55,713 nt of DNA. It comes from Craspedostauros australis (taxonomy: Eukaryota). Under the pieces are notes generated by a model, which made no database searches, had not been told where the DNA came from, and worked only from the letters and a program-made list of their open reading frames with translations. The stretch lies in contig JALAGF010000885.1 of the NCBI GenBank assembly GCA_030167865.1, forward strand, positions 1 through 55,713, in the 5' to 3' direction. How positions within the stretch are numbered: position 1 is the first letter of the stretch; each line of letters begins with the position of its first letter. The position numbers and the translations under genes were made by a program. This document shows, piece by piece, positions 20,249 through 33,482 of this stretch.

Positions 20249-22935
20249 ATGACAGGACCAGTCTCGTCAGCCTCCGCCAAGCCTGTGATGCCAGCGTCAT
20301 CCGGGCCGCATCAAGCTCACCAGCAGGCCAACATGGCCGGCATGTACGGCCACCACATGCATCCTCATCCGCGTCCTCACCATCATCAGCACCAGCATCA
20401 GCATCAGGCTCACGCGAAGCAGCAGCAGCAGCAGCCATCGGCGCAGGCAGGGGGGTCTTCCCACGGCATGGCGAGGAACCACCAGTTCCACCAGCAACCG
20501 CACCAGCAGCTCCACCAGAACCGCAGACTTCCTTTCTCACCAAAGTCTGCCAACGTGTTCCACGCTGGAAACCGCCAGTACCCGCAACGCCTGCCCATGA
20601 AGCCAAAGCGCCTTGACCTTGATGGGGGCCAGAAGCACGGCCAGCAGCACGGCCAGCACCATCCTGCCGGTCAACCTGGTGGAGATGCCGCCAAGGTCGA
20701 CAACCAAACCTCCTTGCACCACAAGCAGATGCCACACCAGCATCCCATGCAGCGTCATCATGGTTGGGCACAGGGTTCCATGCCAAGTCACATGTACCGC
20801 AGCCACCAGGTGCACTCCCAGCACCCAACGCACCTCCACCGCGGAAACCATCACATGCATCACATGCCGCAGCAGCACCACCACCCACACCATGCGCACC
20901 ATCACCACCACCATCTCCCGCACCATCACAACATGCATGGCCATCATCAGCCACACCCGCCCCCACACCAATCGCACCCGGCCAACATGCCACCAGCTCC
21001 CGTGTACAACCAACAGCCGAACATCGTTCGCGGAAGCCATGCGCAACCAGCGGCAGGAGCTACTGTCACAACCTCAACGACATCGACCACTTCGGCTGTG
21101 AGAGCACCAACGCCAACCCAAGTGGCATCAGCTGGATCTACTTCCGCATCCGCATCCGCATCCACATCCACATCGACCTCCATCCCAGAAAGCCACGGCA
21201 GCACCACAATCCCCAGCGGTGGCAGCAACGTCAAGAAGGCTTCCAAGAATAAGGAAAGCAAGAAGGCAAACGCAGATGAAGTCAATGCCGACGCTGGAAC
21301 AAAGAAGGCCAAGGATGTGAAGGGTGCGAAGGGCACGATCAGCAAAGTCAAGGTAGCAAAGACTGACAGCATGAAAAAGGACGTGAAGAACAAAGAGGTT
21401 TCCAAGAATCAATCCAACAGGCCAATCAGCTCCTCCTCCGCCAGCAACGCAGAGGAAAAGAGCACCGACAAGGCATCCACAACCTCGAACAAGATGATGA
21501 CCCCGAAGAACAGAGGCCGCAACGCAAAGTCAGGCAGCAAGAGGTTCTCTGCCAACCAGGCTCGGTTCACGGCACTCATGAAGAGCCCCATCACCCTGTG
21601 CTTCGAACGCATGTTGGGAGCAGGTACGTGCACACCACACACACACACGCACACACGCACACACACACGTGAGGAGAAGCATCGATTGTCGTGCGATGAC
21701 AAAGCAGAGAGCACTCTCGCATCTCACCGTCATGATGCATCCATCATCACCTCACCTCTAACCCAAATCTGTTGTGTCTTTCTTCTTTCCGTCAACATAC
21801 ACACCATCGCGTGAAACGCTTACTGCAGCTGACATGCTTGCAGAGAAGGAGACCGTCCCATCGTCAACCTTCCGAAATGGCAACAGCGAAACAGCACCCA
21901 ACAAACGCGTCAAGCTGGAGAGAGGCAACAGCGACCCCGACCTGGCTCACAACTCCGTCAGCCATCTCCCAACCATCCACGAGGCAAGCCGCCGCCTGAG
22001 CGATCCGGGTCCACTCAACGTCGACAACAACATTAACAAGGCACCTTCTGCGAAGCTGAAGGAGGTTGCATGTGAGCCATCCTCACTTTCAACGAAGTTC
22101 ACGGAAGCAGAACTGAAGGACCCATTCACTCTGATCGAAAAGGATGAAACGTTGTACAAGCAGCTCGTGCTCACCATGGCGCTGCAGCGACAGCCCAAGG
22201 ATTCCAATCTCAAGGAGAATGGCGCCCCACCATGCACGATCATCAGTGAAGGCTTCTACTGGAAGGAGTACCCACAGTGCGAGCAGATCCTCTACGATTC
22301 CATGGGGGAGTACTACGAACTGTCAACCCAGCAGCGCCAATCCAAGCGTCAGCAGGCCTTCAACAACGACCTGGTGGCCCGCATCCGATCCATCGCATCA
22401 TCTGGAGGACATGAATTCTCCGAGTACTTCACAGACAAGAAGCTGCGCGATCGCATCAGATGCTTCTTCAAGGTACGTGAGATTGAGGCGGCAACTGCAG
22501 CATCGAACGTCTTGTGCATTCTCGTATGTTACTCGTGTCCCCGTACACCTGCGACCGAAAACAAATCACTCTCCACGCGGCTCTTCACTCACGACATTCC
22601 CTGCGTATTCCTTCCTTTTTTCTGTCTGGAACTCTATACTACGTACATTCGCTTCCAACGCAATGTCACGCTCGCATACATCTACTCGTGCACCAACTCG
22701 TACACCAACCATGCATCTACAGACACATCTCCAAAATGCCAAGAAGCGTCTGGTGACAATGCAGAAGCACTCGACCTTGATCGAGGTCAAGGAGAACTTG
22801 CGGGAGCTCATCCGCTCTGTTCGCAAGCAGATCATCCCACCACGCCGCAGCAGCTTCTCCCGGTTACCATCTGGGAGCTCGAGCACTGAGGACGGTCTCC
22901 AGCGTACTAATAAGCGCCGCCGTTCCGTGGCTTGA
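20249..22935 (+). CDS. Uncharacterised His/Gln-rich, probably nuclear, protein with a compact C-terminal helical domain; 3 exons
   Basis: Exons 20249-21623, 21829-22472 and 22723-22935 with GTACGT donors and CAG acceptors (phases 1 and 0, in frame). Splicing rebuilds [20 protein letters not shown]. Basic NLS-like PNKRVKL and NKRRRS. Confidence 0.82.
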
Positions 22936-25900
22936 GAACGACATGCACCACCTTCAACACCGATGGGTGTTGGGCACGAAAGGAGCAACATGCGAGTACA
23001 GGGACTCGATGTTGCACTGGGTCGTGCCCTATCCGCCTGCTCGAGTTGAAAGTGTGCTGCTCGTGCAAGTCGATTATGATTGGAAGATCAAGAAAGCTAC
23101 AAGCCCACAGGAGCGAATCTCCTTCACTCACATCAAGTCTAGAAAGATCCCGGAACGTTCGCAGAGGAGTTCCAACCAAGCTTCGGAAGTGGCTTCGGTC
23201 GCTGGGCTTTCCTATCTCTACCACACAACTACCATACATCTCACTCATCGGCTCCGGCCACCCACCTACCATGGAGCATGCATGAGGACGTGTTGTACTC
23301 AGCGATCGTGGAAGAATGCCACGAACCATGGACACGTTGGAAGCGAAATGACATCACATCACGTCACATCCATCTGCAGCCGCCAACGAATCTGAGAGAC
23401 CGTTCCACGTTTGCTGTACAGCAACTGTGACATCTACGTATCCGACCTGGCGCACCTTCTGTGCCGGGGACGGCGTGAGCAGGGAACGGCAAGAATCAAC
23501 ATGACGATGCCGGAGTCCAACCGAGCTTCCTCACACCTACAAGTATCGTAAGACACACACGGTACGATCCGGACGATGCGGTTGAAGAGAAGAATGCATG
23601 GAAGGCATTGCAGCGCGAACCCAAAAGGCGACGCCGACGACATCCACCACCGCACATCAGAGCCTCAAGACCCCAGAGCTAGACACATGGGCGAAGTTCA
23701 AGCGAGGGACAATGAACTTCGAAGACCGCGTGGTACAATCTTTTGGCGCGAGCTTGGTCTTGCACCATCAAGACCTTGAGGATGTTCGCTCCAGGACTTT
23801 GTGTCGCCGTCATCGATGGATGATTCGCGCCTGTCTCGGTACGCACGCGGATTCTTACTGGGCGAACGCCAAATCGGATTTTGAAATTGTCTGGAATGAT
23901 GTGAAGTTGTGGGATCAGAAGGTGCTGTTGGATCCAAGCCTCATAGAACACTGAAATAGACTTCAAGCTAACAAAGAATTCAGCGAAGAGATGACGATGG
24001 TGATGTTTTGGTGCCGGTTGTGCGGTCTGCGTGCTTCCTCTTGGCGCTTCTGTGCCCACAGTCGGCGGTTGCGCTCCGTCTTTTCCTCTCCTCCTGTTCG
24101 GTGACGGCCGTTTGTGCCCATCGGATTCCTGGCACTATGTGCTCATCGAACTTTCCAAATCTTGGCGCCATGTTCCAAAACTAAGGTTGGGTTCTGGTTG
24201 GGTTTGGTTGGGAACAGAAGCATCGGCGAGTATTTCTAACCATCGCACGATTGCCCTTCATGAAGAGGTCGTACCGCATGGTACTACCACAGGTATGCAC
24301 AGCTACGAATGCCTGATACACACGCGTTCGAAGCATTATATCGTGCAGTACATAATGGATTGGGAGGAACTCCGTCGCTGCCTGAGCGCACACCAGACGT
24401 GTGAGTATGGACCTTGGGAACGGTTGATCTTCCTTGTGTTGGATGCGTTTGTTTGGGTGTCTTGCTCTTGTTGCTGATTCGCATGTGAAGAGTGCGGAGA
24501 AGTTCTTTGCGGCGATGTTTCATGTCAGGGTGCTCTGACATCCGCCAGAACACGAGCTACGACATGTTGCACCCGCGTGACGAACGTGAAGGAAAGCACT
24601 CTCGTGCGTGGAACAATGTCAATTGTGCAAGGCAACGTCATCTGTTCGATGATTACCTTGGGGTTCGGGTGCCGTTGGCGTTGTGCGTGTCGATGTCATC
24701 GTTTTTGGATGACGTCGGAGACGACGTGGTCACACACCGAAGCCGAAAACCAAGTTGCAGGAACCATGGTCAGTCTCCAAACGTCACTTGTGATCGGATC
24801 CCTGAGAGTCATGGCATAGCTGTCGGAATGCACTTACTCGAACTGCCATACCGTACCATACCATACACTTCTACATGCAATGTACAGTTAATCGCTAGTC
24901 TTGATGCGGAACACCAAGATCCTGGTTCTGTGCACTTGTAATACAGAATGAAGCAACAGCATTGTGAAGCCACGAGAGTGCGAAAGTCCCAATGTCTGGC
25001 TTGTGTGGTACTATCCCAGCGTGAAACTGCAAATACGAACAAAGCAGAGTTAATCAGAGTACTCTCTGGAGAGCAATGGAATGAAGCAGCGAAGCGTGAA
25101 GGCAAATGGAGGACCCCGATGTATGGCACGATCATGCAGTACAATGCGATGCAATTCATTGGAATTCAGGGCAAGGCAAGGAAAGATGGAGAAAAAGATA
25201 CGAATGGAGTTGAGTGGATCGTGCTTCCTCCACTCAGTGCAGATCTTCCTCCAGCAGCACACGAGAAGAGATAGAACGTGTTTACGCATCGCAGCGATCC
25301 TCCATTCTGTTCCGTCCACGAACAGGACAGGACTGGAAAGGGGACGAGAACCGAATACGTGAGACAAGACAGGGAGGCGCAGATCAGAAGAAATTCGGAG
25401 ATGACGTGCGATCCAGTTCGTCATCTTATTTTGTACTCGTACGACATTCACGAAGGACAAAGATACCGGTATGGGTCTGCTTCCCACGTGCGAGATTGGT
25501 AGGAATCGAATGACGTCAAGGCAAGTTGGCAGAATTGGTGACGAAGGCGACCATAAAACCGCGCATGGCAGCATCGCCCACCCGCGAAAACAAAAATTGA
25601 CATTCCTTGCTATGTCTCTTTGCACGTGTTGGGAAAATCGGAAGTGCGTTGTGTTTTGTGTTTGCTGGTGCGGTTGCAACTGTTAGTGATGATGCTGGCA
25701 TTGTTGTTGATGATGCTGGCGTTGTTGTGGCGGACATGCAAAGCCATCCACGGGGAATTCTGTCCGCCTTGGGACTATGCGAAGAAGGTTGCATTGGAGT
25801 TCCGATGATATGCCAGGAATGTCCTCCAGCTGACATTGTACGATTGTAATTGTTCCAACGTCACTGCTTCAACTATGGGAGAAAGCGTGGAACACGAGGT

Positions 25901-27004
25901 GCCTATGTCATCTTGCGGTCATATCTTGTCGTGTGATATCCTGTTGGGGACGTTGGAAAGACCGCTGACAGAAATAGTTCGGTGCAACTTGGTTCTTTTG
26001 TGATTGCGGAGGTGGCATGCGTGTTGATGGAAGTCCCAGGCCGGTTGTTGTTCGCGTTTCTGTTTGGCTGGCATCGCGTTGCGCCTTGTTCTGTCGTGTC
26101 GTATCTCGTGTGTTTGTGTACTGTGTGGCATTTGTGTAGACGGAGTACTGCATGTGAAAGTGCGACGAGCCTCGCAAGCGCTGTGCCACGCTAGCGATGC
26201 TGCTGGTAGTGATCCTGCGTCATCTGTCACCTGTCGCTCTTCGTCAATCGTGTTCCGCGCCCTTTGTACGTTTGGTGGGAGCCAAGAACTGTCGATGTTT
26301 GACCGAACAGTGACCAGGCTTTCTGAGCGGCATCAATGCCGGGGGCAGCTCTCTTGATCGGATTTTCTGTGGCTGATCTGGTGAGAGGAGTTGACTGCGT
26401 GTGTCGTGCCACGGAGGCCTGTGGTGGTTCCTGCTTGCGTCTTTCTCACTCGCTCCGAATCTGCTCCCGGCTGTTGCAGCGAAGAAGAAAGAAAAGCGGC
26501 CGATCTGGCACCAAGAACTGCGGGCACATCAAAATGAAAGACACCGACAGAAACCGAAAGACACGAGCAAAAACAGTAACAGCAACACGACACAACACAG
26601 TACTGCGCGGTAGCGACCGCGCCCAAACACACACACGCAGACACACCACGACAAACAACAACAAACAGCAACAAACAGCGAGCACTGAAGCAAGAAACGA
26701 GACAGGAGTGGACAGAAACTCCAAACAGACACACACAAAAATCCCAACCACCAAACCAAAAACCCAAACCGCAACACCCACACCATCCGCACCAATAGCA
26801 TCAGTGATCTTGCGCAACGCACGGCACACACACAGACACCTTCACAACCAAGCAAGCAAACAAGCTGTTTCTCGAAGTGCTTCAACTTCCAAACGTATCA
26901 TTCGTAGATCGCACACATATATACTATACTAGTACTATATCTCCACCCTCCACCGCGACCAGCAAACAAGACAGCTTACGCAACCAGCAAACGCAACCAG
27001 CAAA

Positions 27005-28000
27005 ATGCCAGCCACAGCAGAAGAGACCACAGCAACCCTCCTGGCCATGAGACGCCAGGAACAGAACGCGTACAAGACGCACGATTACCTGTTCCAGCAG
27101 GAGACCGATGCCAGCGCAATGGCACCGCAGCAGATGCAGGGACAGGACCCCATGGATACCATGGATACCACGAACACCACGAACACCAGCAGCGGCTTCA
27201 GCAGCAACAACGAACCAACGGACCCAGTGGACGTTGAATGTCGCTTCCGAATGGCCGAATGGTGCTACCAGATAGTGGACTTCTGCAAGTTCAAGCGCGA
27301 AACCGTCGCAGTGGCCATGTCCTACCTCGACCGCTTCCTCTCAACGCAGAACGGACGCAACGTCGCGCTCAAGGATCGCAACCAGTTCCAGCTGGCGGCC
27401 ATGACCACGCTCTACACGGCCGTCAAGGTCCACGAACCGGAGGCCATGGAACCGCGCCTGATCGCTAGCCTCAGCAGAGGCGCCTTCACCACGGAGCAGG
27501 TCGAGCAGATGGAGGTCTTCATCCTCAACTCCATCCAGTGGCGCGTCAACCCACCGACGGCCGTCGCATTCTGCCAGCTCCTCGCCTCCCTCATCCCGTA
27601 CCACATCCTGCCGGAGCACATCCGCGGAGCCGTCATGGACCTCGCCAAGTTCCAGACGGAGCTGGCCGTCAGCGACTACGACTTCGTCACCGTGCCGCCA
27701 TCGCACATTGGCCTGTCGGCGCTCATGAACTCCCTGGAGAGCATCCACCTGGACCCCATCGTCCTCGCTGAGCTCAAGCAGGGCATGGCGCAGACGCTCC
27801 TCATCCCCAACCTGGCCGAGTCCGGACTCACCGACATCCAGATCAGACTCTACGAGGCCGTCACCAGACAACCGGGCAGCGAGCGTCTCCTCAGCAACCT
27901 GTCACCGGCCACAGCATGTGCGCAGGGACACTTCGCCAAGAGCGCATCGCAGACCGTGCACCACGAATCGCCACGATCCGTCTCCCAGACCGCGCATTGA
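27005..28000 (+). CDS. Cyclin, diatom-specific-cyclin-like
   Basis: Cyclin box CRFRMAEWCYQIVDFCKFKRETVAVAMSYLDRFL, then FQLAAMTTLYTAVK and MEVFILNSIQWRVNPPT, plus a C-terminal cyclin fold. Single exon with strong GC3 bias. Confidence 0.95.
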   Translation: MPATAEETTATLLAMRRQEQNAYKTHDYLFQQETDASAMAPQQMQGQDPMDTMDTTNTTNTSSGFSSNNEPTDPVDVECRFRMAEWCYQIVDFCKFKRETVAVAMSYLDRFLSTQNGRNVALKDRNQFQLAAMTTLYTAVKVHEPEAMEPRLIASLSRGAFTTEQVEQMEVFILNSIQWRVNPPTAVAFCQLLASLIPYHILPEHIRGAVMDLAKFQTELAVSDYDFVTVPPSHIGLSALMNSLESIHLDPIVLAELKQGMAQTLLIPNLAESGLTDIQIRLYEAVTRQPGSERLLSNLSPATACAQGHFAKSASQTVHHESPRSVSQTAH

Positions 28001-30088
28001 ATCGTCGAGAGCATTCGCACAATCGCTGTCTGCTCTCTGCAGATTCTCGCATCCCATTTCGCCCGATCTGCGATAGATCAGCGCTGCGCCCATTGCAATC
28101 GTTGAAATCATTGCAATCCACAACAAACACACACAAACACAATGACACACATACATGAATCCATCCATACATATCCGAAATATTATACATATCCATACTC
28201 ATACACATGACACCAAATGCAACAGCACAACGGGCGCAAAGATGCTCCAAATCAAAAACGAGGCATCACTGTCGGAAGCACACAGCTGTACATACAGACA
28301 CACTGTCCTCTTACATACGCAACACAACAGCAACACAGCAGCAACACAACAGCATGGCACAGCATATAGCACACCAAAAGCTGCTGCTGCCACAGTTGAA
28401 CAGGTTAGCACGCACACGCGTACCACTAATAGACAATCCTATTATTGAACCAAACGTCGCATGCGTCCTGATGCGAGTACTCTGGGGCTTGGAGTGTATT
28501 ACCGCTGTCCATGTCGTACCAACAGCTCATCGCGCTACCAAAACTCTATTGCCTGGACCAGCGTGGACATCATCGTCATCGTCATCATCCGCAATACCAA
28601 CAGCCTCCACATCAACTGAGACTCATTCAGAGTACTCGCAGGCACGATCAACAAAGGCACCACAACGAAGGCACGATGCAAGTACGCATGATGCTCTGTT
28701 CGATCACCTTCACGGCATGGATCCGCAAGGCAGTACCACCTGCCACGCACACACAGACGCACACATACACGTACACACGTGCAACAAAGAGCTCTCCACA
28801 GTACTTGCACTCCATCATCTTCATCATTCTCTTGCATGCACGATGCATCGCCAAAGATCGCCGGTGCTCACAAGATCTTTCGTTCAATCATCACTCGTCA
28901 CCCTTCAACGATACTCTTCAAAGACACTCTTCAACAGAGACACATCAACAAACACGCAACACATCCCTGTCGATCGGCTGTTACACACAAAGAGGATGAC
29001 GCCAATCTCCTCCGATGTCAAGGCCGACGTCATCCACTTCCAATCATGTCAACCTTCAACCCATTCCATTTGAATGGTTCTCGTTTGTACCCAATGACGT
29101 CGTGTCCCGAAATTGAGAAGTCTGTGGAGCGGATGGCGCGCACAGTACTCGTAGCAGTGGTAGGGTAACGCATTGTATTGGGACCACAAAGTGCTTGCCT
29201 GCTCCGTGGAACTCTCCATGAGAATGCTGATCGCCCATCCGCCCAGTGACGATGATCTGCATCACCTTGTCTGGACGGAATGCAAATTGTGGCTGACCTC
29301 ATCCTCGATCGTCAGGGATGCACCGATCGTGTCATCCCCTCTTTCATCGAAAATGTTCTCCCCACGGATCGATTGTTTGGTTGCTTTTATACCACGTCTG
29401 CCATGGAGTGCCATGGAGTGCCATGGGAGCTTCTGTTGGATCCGTGCGATGATGCAGACATGCGTTCATGCGTTCGTATGGTAGATACATCGCCGCTGTG
29501 ACTACTGTACTGGAGAGTGAATTGTTGAGAAGTATGGCTATTCGGGCTGAACTATCTGTTCGTCCTCAACTTGCTTACCCACGTCATTTCTTGCATATGC
29601 GTACGTGGGTGGGTGTGCGTGCCTGTAGGGGATGGGTGGCTCTCTGCGAGCGGAGCCCTTTTTGTGCACCCATCACTGCATGATACAGATGGGTGACTGG
29701 TGCGGCACCAACCACAGGTTAGAGGGGTCGTCTCGCAGCGTCCTGTCAGCCGTGTGGGTGGGATTACTCGTATTCCAGTGTATGTACTCAAGCATTGGAT
29801 GATGTAGAAGAATGTTCAGTGACAATCTCTGATAAGAATTCAACTCTTATCGTGGACTTCTGGAATCACTGAGGTTGTCGCGATCGTGACCGTTGTTGTC
29901 ACCATCGATGGCATCGTGGTTGACATTCACAATCGCTAGCACCACCATCTCCACTGCAACCATCTTCGCAGAGTAGCGTATGGTGCTCAATTCTGATTCA
30001 TCGTTAATCCTCGCACGTAAGTCTAACGCCATATCATTTACATTATATTATGCGCAATCCTTGTGACCTACGCAGACTTGCACAAGCA

Positions 30089-30897
30089 TCACCACTCCAA
30101 ATCTCCAGGATACACCGGATGGTCCAGCGGTATCACGCTTTCCTTATCGCGATCCCTCGGCAGCGCCTTTCTCATGTCCAGCGCATCTTCCGGACATTCG
30201 CCGGCGTAGTATCCCAGCACTCTGCGGTACGTGCTGTATCCAAACTTCTCGTACATGTTCTGCGCCAGACCATTCGACGCTCTCACGAACAGATCCACGA
30301 AGTAGGCATTGTAGGTGTCGACGCAGACGCTTTCGAAGCTGTCCATCAGGGTCTTGGCCAATCCCAACCGCCGGTAGGTGGGTGCCACCGTGACGGCGGA
30401 CACGTGTCCGTGCCAAAGCTTGTCGTCGCCCTCGGCCTTGCCCAGCACGTATCCCATCAACGCTCCGTTGGGTGCTTCAGCGACTGTTGTGAACATCAAT
30501 CCAATACAATAAAATAAAATATAAAGCCATGACACATCATGTTCGAATGCAGCACGGAACAAGCGGAGTGAGTGCCCATCGACGTGAGCATAGTACGATA
30601 TCGTACCACAGGGCGCATTCACAAGAGCAGGGAATGAGAAAGATATCGAAGATTTCGGTTGCGCTGTGTGTTCGTTGCGCATGGTATGGATGGAATCCAT
30701 CCAAAACGACATCTGTGCTGTCACAAAGTGAACGAGATCGCGATTCACATACGCTCCCACGTACCCATGAAAGATTCTGGCCATTGGGCCATGTAGGACA
30801 TGTAGAAGCCCATGTTGTATGTCTCCGTCAACACATCCAGATTGATGTTGTTGAATTTCAGGAGGTCCTCCATTGCGAATTGTCGAAGGGTCGTCAT
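30089..30897 (-). CDS. NAA20: N-alpha-acetyltransferase 20 (NatB catalytic subunit); 2 exons
   Basis: Exons 30897-30765 and 30483-30089 (phase 1) give MTTLRQFAMEDLLKFNNINLDVLTETY...WPESFMVAEAPNGALMGYVLGKAEG...WHGHVSAVTVAPTYRRLGLA...FVDLFVRASN...EDALDMRKALPRD, the NAA20/Nat3 signature. Confidence 0.96.
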
Positions 30898-32147
30898 GAT
30901 TGATGAATGGAGGGTTTGCTTCCTTCTTGTATCTTCTTGCTGATGGTAGTGTCTGCTTTGTTTGTATGCTCGTGTGTGGACGTGCATGTGGACCTGCATG
31001 TGGACCTGCATGTAGGAGAGGGAGAGTCCACAGCTTAGTTCACGATGTGATGACACAAGATGTTCCTGCCAATTGCACACTCGCAAGCAGCGGCTCATCA
31101 CGTCGGCGTCATGGCCGAACATCATCTCCCGTCTTTCTGTTGTTGTCTCTTGTTCGCTTTGTTTGTTTTGGCTTTGTGTGGCTCCTCGTCGTCTGTCTGT
31201 TGCTACGGTGCGATGGTATCCAAACAAGTTTAGATCATGGAGAACACTCGAATCATTCGAACGGAAACCGCTCCGTCGCTTGCGCTCCGCGATGCTTGAT
31301 TCTACCAATCGAGGGAAAGCCAGGCATCAACCAAACCCAGTCCAGCCCAACGCAACCCAACACAGCACAAGATGACGCACGTTACCATTCGACGGATGTG
31401 GCACGCCCACAATAATCGTGCTACTTTTTATGATTGGGCTTGTCGTCTGAGAGAGACGGGTGTGTGGTGTCTGCCCACATCCATGTCCGCCGTCTGCTTC
31501 AAGTCGCACCACAATCCCCCTTGTGATGGCGATCTTTGTCATTCGCTGGCTTCCTAGTTGGCTACTGCATGCATGCCCGCAGCTTGTGGAATGATGTCAA
31601 AACGATCCGGCGTGTCTTATTTGGGAGCGCAGCGAATGTTTCGCGTGGTGATCATGATGGGCTCACCGCATGCTGCATCCAAAATTCAGCAGGCCTCGCT
31701 GACGCTGATGCTCCTGCCGCTCGCATGACACAATCCCGGGTGCGGTATCGTACTTCACCATCATTCTTTGGCAGTCGCGTCAACCACTCACACCCACCAG
31801 GTTCCGGCCACGTTGTGTTGCTGCTTTTCACATTGCCAAGATGATGTTCTTTTGTCGCCGCAAGCTGTCCAGGAGATCCCCTCGCAGGGAACGTGGCACA
31901 GCTTCCAGGTCATTCAAGAAATCGGCGTGATTTTGTGGGCATTGTGCCAATTCGGAACCACCTCGTTTCATTCGAATCTCTTGCTCAGTACTGCCCTGTT
32001 CAAAGCAGTGCCGTGGGTACGCAAGAGGACGGATTGAGGTTGCTGGATGCGATGCTGCTGCATTCGCTCTGACGACGATGGGCGTATGGGCGTTGGTTGA
32101 GAGGGGAGACGGCAGGTACGGATGACGACGCATCCATGCGCCATGTT

Positions 32148-33482
32148 CTAGAAATCCTCGCCGGACGAATCGAAGCCGAGAACCTCCTGGTGTATGTTGT
32201 CATACTTGGCCCTCCTCTTCCACGCGCATTTGCCATGGCTGCATATGTTCCTCAGTTCATCGTCTGACGAGAGTGACACCTCGTTGCTGACGCTCTCCTC
32301 CGACGAGCTGTACGCTGGTGTTGAGTGTCCATCAGCGTCGTCACCGTCACCGTCGCCGCCGGCCTGTTTGCTGGTGGCGGTTTGGCGCGAATCGTTGACA
32401 CTGTCGGATAGGCTATCGACCCCATCGCCAGTGGCTGCATCGTGGCCGTCGTGATCACTGTCGCTGTCGCTGGAATCCGCGACGACATGGTTATTACTGT
32501 TGAGCCGTTCTGTCTCTTTCCTCGCAAGCTCCTGCGCTTTCCGCATCGACCACTGCCCAAAGGGCTCCCATCCAGTCCGCAGGCCATTCAGTTCTATGAC
32601 CCTCCGCCGTATACTTGAGTGGCAATGGCATCCAAACATTCGTTCGACTCTCACAATCTTACGGCCATCGTCGTCGATGTCGACATAGAAGTTGAATGGA
32701 TTGTACTTCTTTTTGCATACCGCGATACCTGCATTTGCATTTGCAATTGGTTTCGTTTGGTTTAAGTTCGGTTTTAGTCAAGGGTGTGGTTGGAATCAGA
32801 GCAGGTGGGTGTGGGTGAGTTCGTAGCTCGTAAGTGAAGCCATGCGAGCTGAATGAGTTCGTATCACGCATGGAGCACGGCGCAATGAGAATGGGACGAG
32901 GGCCTCGTCACAGTTCTCGTGAGAGGAGCGAGCACCAACGAACCAGGAAAATGTTTGGAAGCGGGCGATACGGGAACTCGCAAACAGGACATGGCAGGCA
33001 GAAATCTTTGGTGGGATCGAGATGGGACATCACGACCAATGGATACGGAACGTGCAAGGTGCGCACGACGGAGGCTCCAAGAAGAGAAGCCGACATGTCA
33101 GGTGCACGGTGCGAGCGTCAGTTCCTCTCGGATTGCCCACAACCGGACAGCCAGACAAGCAGACGCCAGGCTTCTGGTTTTGCTCCTCGCCAAGAAACAC
33201 AACCAAAACAAGAACGAGAACAAGAACAGACAACCAGGCAGCAGACGACTGTGTGGATGGGATTGCATGGGAGGACTTACCGATGGTCTCTGTACCCGTC
33301 CACTTGCCTTGCCCCCAACGTTCATTGACGGATTGTATTGCCTTGCCCTGCAGCGTATCTGATGCTGCGGACTTGATGAACATGCTCCCACCGTAGAGCT
33401 CACCGCCGTTGCCGACGGGGTAGCCGCAAACGAATCCCAGAGGTACCCTGTATTGTTGTTGCCGTTGCCGTTGTTGTTTCAT
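32148..33482 (-). CDS. Hypothetical protein, tentative 2-exon model with an acidic Ser/Asp-rich C-terminal half
   Basis: Exon 33482-33281 ends at a GTAAGT donor (phase 1). It joins in frame after TGCAG to 32728-32148, with a branch-like TGACTAA upstream, giving ...TETIG|IAVCKKKYNPFNFYVDIDDDGRKIVRVERMFGCHCHS.... No family recognised and the 5' end is uncertain. Confidence 0.5.

Noticed and set aside
28207-29073. 288-aa plus-strand ORF after the cyclin
   Set aside because: His/Thr/Gln composition simply reflects CA-rich 3' non-coding sequence, which is poor in stop codons.
30978-31016. (tggacctgcatg)-like 12-bp repeat x3 upstream of NAA20
   Set aside because: A simple minisatellite in the leader, with no further evidence of function.
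31828-32133. 101-aa minus-strand ORF downstream of the orphan gene
   Set aside because: No recognisable family, and I could not link it by a convincing splice to the upstream exon.
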